IMG/VR virus record: IMGVR_UViG_3300020045_001235
Location: 1 to 53,118 of that record
DNA: 53,118 nucleotides
Origin: a virus
Taxonomy: Duplodnaviria > Caudoviricetes
Strand: one strand, 5' to 3'
The notes under the pieces: model-generated
Databases searched by the model: none
Told to the model about the DNA's origin: nothing
The model's input: the letters and a program-made list of their open reading frames with translations, nothing else
Position numbers and translations under genes: made by a program
In this document: positions 1-6,818 of the stretch, one piece after another
How the letters are laid out: the number at the start of each line of letters is the position of its first letter
Numbering within the stretch: position 1 is the first letter of the stretch

Positions 1-364
1 ATGCAGGGTTCTGCGTCAGTCGGTAAATGTCCGTGTAGCTACACTGCCCAACGATGATGCCACCAAGCATCGTTAGTGCCTTACGACGTTTGACCTTGTT
101 TCGTTCTCGCATGACGTCAACGCCGTTAGTAATCTGCCGACGACGGCGAACCATTGGTACTTGTTCACCGTAACCACGCACGATGGATTCTTGCAACTCT
201 CGCAGCGCCGTCGATCCGCCGAACGCCATCACGTCGGTTGCTAGTGTTGTGTAGTCCAGCGCGTAGGTGCGGCGGCGTTTGTCTGCTACGTCGGTCGGCT
301 TGATGTAGGCATGTAGGCGCTTGTAGGCCATTGCCAAGGGGTCGGAGGGGATTTCACCTGTCAT
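1..364 (-). CDS. 5' part of a hypothetical protein running off the window start; joins in frame to 52982-53118 if the genome is circular
   Basis: ATG at 364 with GAGG RBS; frame open to position 1 (MTGEIPSDPLAMAYKRLHAY...YRLTQNPA); not in the ORF track. Confidence 0.7.
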   Translation of the reverse strand, partial: MTGEIPSDPLAMAYKRLHAYIKPTDVADKRRRTYALDYTTLATDVMAFGGSTALRELQESIVRGYGEQVPMVRRRRQITNGVDVMRERNKVKRRKALTMLGGIIVGQCSYTDIYRLTQNPA

Positions 365-432
365 GATGTTTAGTCCTCTGTTTGTTGTACGTGTGATTTA
401 CACATAGACATGAGTGGGGTTTTCCACTGCTT

Positions 433-819
433 TCAGAATTCAAGGGCGTGACAGTCCATCGAATCAATCTGGGAATCGTCGAATGCTTCCCACTCAGCAT
501 GAGTAAATCGCTTACACCCTAGTCGCATGTAACCGTCGGTAATGAGGCACCAATACCGCAAACCGCCAACAGTGAGAGGAGTTTTATTTAAATTTTCTCT
601 GTCCAGATTGGCCCCGCGCAGATTGGCCCCGTCCAGATTGGCCCCGCGCAGATTGGCCCCGTCCAGATTGGCCCCGTACAAATCAGCCCCGCGCAGATCA
701 GCCCCGTACAGATTGGCCCCGTCCAGATTGGCCTTACCAGCCTCTGCGACTTGTCTGACAGTTTCAACGTCAAACTCACAGAGCGTTGTTTCATTGTAGC
801 GATGTTTGATAGTAATCAT
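433..819 (-). CDS. pentapeptide-repeat protein, probably with a premature TGA (frame continues to TAA at 370)
   Basis: A(N/D)L(D/Y/R)G repeats; ATG 819 after AGAGG; C-terminal part [20 protein letters not shown]. Confidence 0.85.
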   Translation of the reverse strand: MITIKHRYNETTLCEFDVETVRQVAEAGKANLDGANLYGADLRGADLYGANLDGANLRGANLDGANLRGANLDRENLNKTPLTVGGLRYWCLITDGYMRLGCKRFTHAEWEAFDDSQIDSMDCHALEF

Positions 820-843
820 GATGTTTTCCTCTCTGCTTGTTAA

Positions 844-1161
844 ACTACAGCGGAAGCATCGGTCAGTCGCATTTCGTGGCTTCTTCAAGGTGACTACGGT
901 TTTGACCAAGCAGTCTATGCTTGGAACCTTGTCGCCAATATCTTTTCGACCAAGAAGGACAATAGTAAGTCACTGCAAAACGCCTACATTTCAGCAGGCC
1001 GAGAACTTACCTTGTTGGTCGCGCTGCTGGATACAACCGAACACAACATTCGCAAAATTGCTGCAACGTGGAAGAAACAGAACGTTGACTTCGACAAGAT
1101 CAACCAACTGGCAGCCGACGAACTCGCAGAATGGCTTTCTGACAACTTCGATACTGAATAA
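844..1161 (+). pseudogene. 105-codon protein-like frame without a start codon
   Basis: Open from TAA at 841-843 to TAA at 1159-1161 ([27 protein letters not shown]...WLSDNFDTE); ends at the RBS of the next gene; no ATG/GTG/TTG near the 5' end. Confidence 0.5.
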
Positions 1162-1173
1162 GGACCAAACATT

Positions 1174-1470
1174 ATGACCCCGTTTGATAAAAACAAGCAC
1201 GGCGGATACATCATCCCTGCGAAAACCGAAATAACGTTCGACATTCCTGCTTTTTCGGAGATTGGCGACGGCTGTACGATTGGCGACGGCTGCACGATTG
1301 GCTACGACTGTACGATTGGCAGCTACTGCAAGATTGGCGACTGCTGCACGATTGGCGACGGCTGCACGATTGGCTACGACTGCACGATTGGCAGCTACTG
1401 CAAGATTGGCGACTGCTGTACGATTGGCGACTGCTGCACGATTGGCAGGTGTGATGCACTTTCCATGTAG
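1174..1470 (+). CDS. Cys-rich hexapeptide-repeat (left-handed beta-helix-type) protein
   Basis: Ten IGxxC(T/K) hexapeptides; AAGGA RBS. Confidence 0.7.
   Translation: MTPFDKNKHGGYIIPAKTEITFDIPAFSEIGDGCTIGDGCTIGYDCTIGSYCKIGDCCTIGDGCTIGYDCTIGSYCKIGDCCTIGDCCTIGRCDALSM
1261..1440 (+). repeat. 10 x 18-bp coding tandem repeat (ATTGGC-N6-TGYAMG)
   Basis: Read directly; contains a near-identical 72-bp duplicated block (1279-1350 and 1351-1422). Confidence 0.95.
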
Positions 1471-2103
1471 TTAAATTCAAGTAATTTTAACAGGGTCGTT
1501 TTTCCATGTAGTTTTTTAATGCGTAAAGTGTGGGGTTTGATATAGATTTTAAGTTTTGGGCTAAAGTTAAAATTTTAAGATAAATTTAGGAAATTATAGT
1601 TTTTGGACTTTTGATGCGAAAGTGTTTATTTTAAGTAAAATTGCTAAATTTATATCGAGGGGCTGGCTTTAACGTATGTTTTATGTAGTGTTGGTAATTT
1701 TAGTTTTGGTTGTGTTAGGCGTTTTTCCACGATAGTTAGTTTAAGTACGGCGTAACGTTGGCGTTTCGTGGCTTCCAGTAGTGTTTATGTGCTCTGGAGG
1801 TGGGTTGGTTGCGCTTTAACGTCGTTTTAGCGTTATACCGTCTTAGGTGTGTAATGTAGGTCGTTTTTCGAGGGGGAAAGGAGGGGATAAATTTAGTAAG
1901 AAATTAGGTAGCAAAATTTGCTATTAAACTTATGCCAGCAAATTCTAAACAGGGGTTAGGAGCAAAAAAAAGACGTAGAACACAAAAGACGGATGGTATA
2001 AATGTGTGTATTGTATTGTATTGTATAAAAAGATAGATAGATAGATATACAATTTTCGTCCCGGTTCTTTTAGCCTTTGCTGGTAGCTCCGTCGCTTGGA
2101 CGT

Positions 2104-2129
2104 AAAAAAGCCCGGACATAGTGCCGGGC
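2104..2129 (-). terminator. intrinsic terminator
   Basis: GCCCGG-CACTATGT-CCGGGC followed by TTTTTT on the minus strand, just downstream of ORF 2151-2360. Confidence 0.8.
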
Positions 2130-2150
2130 GATTAGTTGGTTAAAATTAAG

Positions 2151-2360
2151 TTACGCATCGAACATCCATGCTCTACCATACCTTATGGCGTGGCGACCTT
2201 TCGGTCGGGGTCGGTCGTTAGCTTCGCAGCAGGCGACAATCGCGCCTCGTTGTGCGTCAGGGTACCCCGACTCTCTCAGAATCGATTCTACGGCCTTTGC
2301 GTTAGCGTAGCGTTCGTTCGTGTCAATGCAGATGATGGGTCGTTGTGAAGGTGCTTGCAT
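2151..2360 (-). CDS. stand-alone NUMOD1/IENR1-like DNA-binding protein
   Basis: PIICIDTNERYANAKAV...IVACC...YGRAWMFD resembles the C-terminus of the 3573-4487 endonuclease; GGAG RBS. Confidence 0.6.
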   Translation of the reverse strand: MQAPSQRPIICIDTNERYANAKAVESILRESGYPDAQRGAIVACCEANDRPRPKGRHAIRYGRAWMFDA

Positions 2361-2388
2361 TGTAGTTGCTCCGTGGTTAAGTAATAGC

Positions 2389-2418
2389 ATTATAGCTAAT
2401 AATATTACTCACTTGCAA
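2389..2418 (-). promoter_or_regulatory. sigma70-type promoter
   Basis: TTGCAA-18 bp-TATAAT. Confidence 0.65.
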
Positions 2419-2493
2419 ATTCAACAACAAACCACGGACGAAATTCTGCAGCATCAAAGTTACCTACCGACTGGTCCATGATGAACATGGCTC

Positions 2494-2829
2494 TTAGTCC
2501 TCAAATCCGAAATTAGACTTCTCTTCGTCCGTCATTCGAGCGAGACACAAGGCCCACAGGTCGCCATCCTGATACAAGCAATAGACGTTCCCCTCGTCAT
2601 CCGTGTAGCGTGCAATGGTGAGAATCCAATTCCAAGCTTCCCAATAGAATTCCGACTCCGGGTCGGCCGCATCGATCCATGCTTCCTTGTTGTCTTCGTT
2701 CAATCCCCATGCTGCGCAATGCTCGACCGCCACTTCGTTGTAGTCATCGCAGATGAAATCCCTAGGGATGTAGTGTCCGCGTGCGTCAGAGAGTAGCAGC
2801 GTAACGGCCGGTTGTGTTGGCTTGTTCAT
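2494..2829 (-). CDS. acidic hypothetical early protein
   Basis: ATG 2829 with AAGGA RBS, downstream of a strong promoter; D/E/W-rich. Confidence 0.75.
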   Translation of the reverse strand: MNKPTQPAVTLLLSDARGHYIPRDFICDDYNEVAVEHCAAWGLNEDNKEAWIDAADPESEFYWEAWNWILTIARYTDDEGNVYCLYQDGDLWALCLARMTDEEKSNFGFED

Positions 2830-2944
2830 GATTAATTCCTTCTTGATTGAGTAATTGGTGTCTGATCGTTTGCCGTCATACCTGTCGTTCGAGCGATCTA
2901 CTAGCAGGCCTTCTTCGTTACCTTGCAACCAGACTGTGAGACGG

Positions 2945-2973
2945 ATTGTATAACCATGACTGTGCGGTGTCAA
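2945..2973 (-). promoter_or_regulatory. strong sigma70-type early promoter
   Basis: TTGACA-17 bp-TACAAT. Confidence 0.8.
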
Positions 2974-3008
2974 GTAGTTTAGTGCGGGTATTTAGGGGCA
3001 GAGCTACA

Positions 3009-3113
3009 CCACGTCCTGGCTGCCCACGTCCTGGCTGCCCACGTCCTGGCTGCCCACGTCCTGGCTGCCCACGTCCTGGCTGCCCACGTCCTGGCTGCCC
3101 ACGTCCTGGCTGC
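3009..3113. repeat. 7 perfect copies of 15-bp CCACGTCCTGGCTGC
   Basis: Read directly; lies between divergent promoters. Confidence 0.97.
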
Positions 3114-3208
3114 CGGCCGCACGCTGGACCCAGGGCACCCCCAACGCGATCTAAATATATCTTTACCAAGCACCCCCACGTCGCAACAAAATTATCACCA
3201 AACCTCAC

Positions 3209-3238
3209 TTGACACTCGGACGTAACATTATATAAAAT
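3209..3238 (+). promoter_or_regulatory. sigma70-type promoter for the rightward arm
   Basis: TTGACA-16 bp-TATAAA, or 18 bp-TAAAAT. Confidence 0.6.
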
Positions 3239-3439
3239 TATCACCGAGCAATAATTTACACTCCGTAGTAATCTCCAAACCTCACCCCTACCCACTAAAA
3301 TTCCCCACAACATCCCAACTTTACACTCACAAATAAATTACATCACAAACTACAATTCCTAAAAATAAAAATCCAGCAACTCGCATGGACTCTATTTGAC
3401 ACAACAACGCCACGTAAATACCAAACAACTACTAAACCA

Positions 3440-3485
3440 CCAACAAATTAGTACCAACAAATTAGTACCAACAAATTAGTACCAA
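3440..3485. repeat. 3 x 14-bp CCAACAAATTAGTA tandem repeat
   Basis: Read directly. Confidence 0.95.
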
Positions 3486-3572
3486 AACGCAGGTTGCGCA
3501 TAACGTAAATAATACTTGCACTCTCTCACGATCCGTTGTACCCTTCCTTATCAAAACAACCTTAAGAATACT

Positions 3573-4487
3573 ATGCTTACTGGATATATTTACATACTGA
3601 CTGACTCAAGGTACTGTGACGGACATCATAAACATGTACGCTACGTTGGCATGACATTTGATTTGAAAAAGAGAATCAAAGAACACTTGAGGATAACTAC
3701 TAAGAAACTGAATCACAGAACTTCGTGGTTGAAGAACGCACTGACTTCCGACCCGAATTGTGTATCACACGTTATCATTGAGGAAATTGTTACTGACAAC
3801 CGGACAGAAGTAGCAGATAGAGAAATTTACTGGATTGCACAATTCAAAGCGTGGGGGTTTTCTCTCACCAACTCCACTTCTGGAGGGGAAGGTATATTTG
3901 ACTTACCAGAAGATGTTCGTAGAAGTATGGGGGAACAAGTTAGCAAAAGATTACTTGCGTTGGGAGACAACCATCACACCAAGCGACCTGAAGTTCGTGC
4001 CAAGATAAGTGCGGCCAACAGTGGGGAGAACAGCGTTTCAAAGCGACCTGAAGTTCGTGCAAAAATGAGCATCAACCGCAAAGGGAAAATGCTTGGGGAC
4101 TTGAATCCTTCAAAACGCCCAGAAGTTCGTGCAAAAATAAGCGAGCGCAAACGTGGTCGAGCGGATCACCACTCAAAAACTCCTGAAAATAGAAAACGGC
4201 ACAGTGAGTTCATGAAGGGAAGATATGTTGGCGACTTAAACCCATCTAAAAAACCGGGGGTAGGGGATAAAATTAGCTCCGGTAGAAGAGGTAAGAGTGT
4301 AGGTGCTGATAACCCTAGATCATTAGCAGTGGTTTGCTGTGAAACCGGAGTAACTTACCAATGTGCGCAAGATGCTGCCAATTTCTTACACGAAGTCGGA
4401 TTCCCGAGGGCTTGTTCTAGCAGCATCTTAGGTTGTTGTCGTGGCAAATATAAACAGTGTCACGGTTATACTTGGATATTTGCGTGA
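3573..4487 (+). CDS. free-standing GIY-YIG homing endonuclease with NUMOD3-like repeats and NUMOD1-like C-terminus
   Basis: GYIYILTD...YVGMT...R...E..WI...LTNSTSGGEG; KRPEVRAK repeats; VVCCETGVTY...GYTWIFA; start codon uncertain. Confidence 0.85.
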   Translation: MLTGYIYILTDSRYCDGHHKHVRYVGMTFDLKKRIKEHLRITTKKLNHRTSWLKNALTSDPNCVSHVIIEEIVTDNRTEVADREIYWIAQFKAWGFSLTNSTSGGEGIFDLPEDVRRSMGEQVSKRLLALGDNHHTKRPEVRAKISAANSGENSVSKRPEVRAKMSINRKGKMLGDLNPSKRPEVRAKISERKRGRADHHSKTPENRKRHSEFMKGRYVGDLNPSKKPGVGDKISSGRRGKSVGADNPRSLAVVCCETGVTYQCAQDAANFLHEVGFPRACSSSILGCCRGKYKQCHGYTWIFA

Positions 4488-4532
4488 TTTGCGGTTACAC
4501 TTTGAACGTGATTTGTAAATTTAGGTGCCAAT

Positions 4533-5045
4533 ATGGGTGACACAAACCTCCAAGCTGAAAAAATCTCTCTTCTGGCGCGAGACTTAGCGATGTTTCCTGA
4601 AAGTCAGGATTCCGTACTTGCGTCATACGGTTTGACTACAGAACATTTACCTTCTCTCGAAAACAACCCGATATTTCAAGCCTCCACAAATCACGCGTTG
4701 CAGCAGCTTTTAGAAGATCAACTCTACCCCCAACGCTTGAAATTGGCAGCAAAAGCATCAGTTCTTGCTGAAAAACTTCTTGGAGAGGCCATCACAGGTG
4801 TCATGGACCATCAAAACAGCATCAAAGTGCTCGATTTTGCTGCAAAAGTGGCAAATATGGAGCCGCCGAAGGTCACAAAGGCTACTAATACCAATAACAA
4901 CGCGTCAATTCCTGCTGCGCTTGACCCAACGGCGTATCGTGGTGCGACATCGGTGCTTAGTGACGACGAATTGGGCATCTTCGAGACAATCCTTGGCAAA
5001 ATGCAGGCTCAGGCACTCAATACTGCACAAAATAACGAGAAATAA
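4533..5045 (+). CDS. putative terminase small subunit
   Basis: Size and position directly upstream of the large terminase; helical composition. Confidence 0.5.
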   Translation: MGDTNLQAEKISLLARDLAMFPESQDSVLASYGLTTEHLPSLENNPIFQASTNHALQQLLEDQLYPQRLKLAAKASVLAEKLLGEAITGVMDHQNSIKVLDFAAKVANMEPPKVTKATNTNNNASIPAALDPTAYRGATSVLSDDELGIFETILGKMQAQALNTAQNNEK

Positions 5046-5096
5046 GTACTAAATTCCGCCTCACAACCACCTTAGCACCGAAAAGGCGCTGTAACA

Positions 5097-6743
5097 GTGG
5101 ATACAAACTGCATCTATACCCCTTCGTTTGCACTGCCGCACGGAGGTCGTAACAAACTGACTCTCTCAAAAACGGCTGCTGCCATTCATGCGCTGCCGAT
5201 GCTTAGTGACGCACTCAAGTTCGAGTTGCTAAAGCGCCAAGCTGAGAAGTCGTTGTACGAATTCGTGAAACAGTGCTGGCACGTCGTTGAGCCGGGGGTG
5301 GAGTTCTCTGAGGGATGGCACATACACACGATTTGTGACCACTTGGAGGCAGTGACTGACCGGCGGATAAAGAACCTACTTATCAACATTCCTCCGCGAC
5401 ACTCAAAAAGCACCATCGTAAGCGTCATCTGGCCGGTGTGGGCGTGGATCAAGAACCCTGCTGAGAAGTTTCTGACGGCATCGTACTCAGGCTCGTTGGC
5501 GGTGCGGGACGCGGTGAAGTCTCGACGACTGTTACAGTCACCGTGGTTCACTGAGCGGTGGCCTAGCATCAAACTTCTGGCCGATGTAAATACTAAGGAC
5601 CGTTACGAGAACGATAGTACGGGGTATCGTGTATCTGCGTCAGTCGGAGGACGAACGACAGGGGAAGGCGGTTCGATACTCATCCTCGATGATCCCCACG
5701 GTGCTCAAGATGCACAGTCGGACACCATGCGCGAGAACACCATCGAGTGGCTTGATATGGTATGGTCCAGTCGCAAGAATGACCCACGTACCAGTTGTTC
5801 TGTAACGGTGATGCAGCGGCTGCATGATAGTGACGCATCGGGACACTACATAAAACAAGGTAACTTTGAGCATCTGTGCCTACCTGCTGAGTACGATGGT
5901 GTAAAACGTAAGACATCACTTGGATATTACGATCCGCGCACTGAGCAGGGTGAGTTGTTGTGGCCTAACCGATTCGGACGACCTGAACTTGAAGCACTCA
6001 AGAAAGCACTCGGAACCTACGGAGCTAGCGGACAGCTTCAACAACAACCCTCCCCCGAGGGCGGCGGCATCCTCAAGACAGACCACGTTCAGTTGTGGCC
6101 GGCACACAAGCAGTTGCCGCTGTTCCAGTACGTCGTGCAGAGTTACGACACAGCATTCTCCGAACGGACGACGGGCGACCCCACGGGGTGCATTGTGTTT
6201 GGCGTGTTCGAGTACGAGAAGAAACAGAACGTCATGATTCTGGATGCGTGGTCTGAGAACTTGAGCTACCCAGACTTGAAGGATCGCGTCATGGACGACT
6301 GGAAGAGTCGCTATGGCGGCACCAAAGACGACCGCATGGACAAGGGACGCAGACCTGACGTCATTCTCGTTGAAGCCAAGGCCAGCGGGCAGTCACTACT
6401 TCAGGACTTGCAGCAGTCCAACATTCCTGCGGCAGGATACAACCCCGGTAAGGCTGACAAGGTTCAACGTGCCCACATCATGGCTCCGATCCTTGAGTCC
6501 GACTGCATTTGGGTACTGGAGAGTAAGAAGAATCCGCGTGAGCCGATCAGTTGGGCGAAGCCTGTGTTGGAGAACTGGGCGAAGTTCCCCGTTGTGGCAC
6601 ACGACGAATTTACAGACTGTGCAACGCAGGCCGTTATTTACCTCAAAGACTCCAACTGGCTCGATGTACCGGTGCATGAGGACGACGAAGATGAGCGGTT
6701 CGCAGACGATGCTAGAAGTTTAGCTAACCCCTATACTGCGTAA
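5097..6743 (+). CDS. terL: terminase large subunit
   Basis: INIPPRHSKS Walker A, ILILDDP Walker B, MQRLH, SYDTAF nuclease aspartate, HDEFTD; start could be 5199. Confidence 0.95.
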   Translation: MDTNCIYTPSFALPHGGRNKLTLSKTAAAIHALPMLSDALKFELLKRQAEKSLYEFVKQCWHVVEPGVEFSEGWHIHTICDHLEAVTDRRIKNLLINIPPRHSKSTIVSVIWPVWAWIKNPAEKFLTASYSGSLAVRDAVKSRRLLQSPWFTERWPSIKLLADVNTKDRYENDSTGYRVSASVGGRTTGEGGSILILDDPHGAQDAQSDTMRENTIEWLDMVWSSRKNDPRTSCSVTVMQRLHDSDASGHYIKQGNFEHLCLPAEYDGVKRKTSLGYYDPRTEQGELLWPNRFGRPELEALKKALGTYGASGQLQQQPSPEGGGILKTDHVQLWPAHKQLPLFQYVVQSYDTAFSERTTGDPTGCIVFGVFEYEKKQNVMILDAWSENLSYPDLKDRVMDDWKSRYGGTKDDRMDKGRRPDVILVEAKASGQSLLQDLQQSNIPAAGYNPGKADKVQRAHIMAPILESDCIWVLESKKNPREPISWAKPVLENWAKFPVVAHDEFTDCATQAVIYLKDSNWLDVPVHEDDEDERFADDARSLANPYTA

Positions 6744-6745
6744 CG

Positions 6746-6772
6746 TTGACTTCCTACAAAAACTGATATAAT
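6746..6772 (+). promoter_or_regulatory. extended -10 promoter upstream of portal
   Basis: TTGACT...TGATATAAT (TGnTATAAT). Confidence 0.65.
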
Positions 6773-6818
6773 CCACCAAACTTATGCAACGCGCTGTAAA
6801 TACGCTGAAAGTATAGAA

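Noticed and set aside
433-435. Genome-wide TGA recoding
   Set aside because: Many genes end at TGA in ATGA/GTGA overlaps and long genes are intact under the standard bacterial code; no suppressor tRNA seen
542-1480. Alternate-frame ORFs over the penta- and hexapeptide repeats, and ORF 806-1177
   Set aside because: Shadows of repetitive coding DNA; the protein-like frame in 844-1161 is a different one
3009-3113. CRISPR array
   Set aside because: Units are contiguous and identical with no spacers; no cas operon (the Cas4-like gene is a usual phage exonuclease)
2918-3313. ORFs over the 15-bp array (GRGQP, PRPGC, AARTW repeats)
   Set aside because: Open only because the repeat unit has no stop codon; they overlap promoters and lack a convincing RBS
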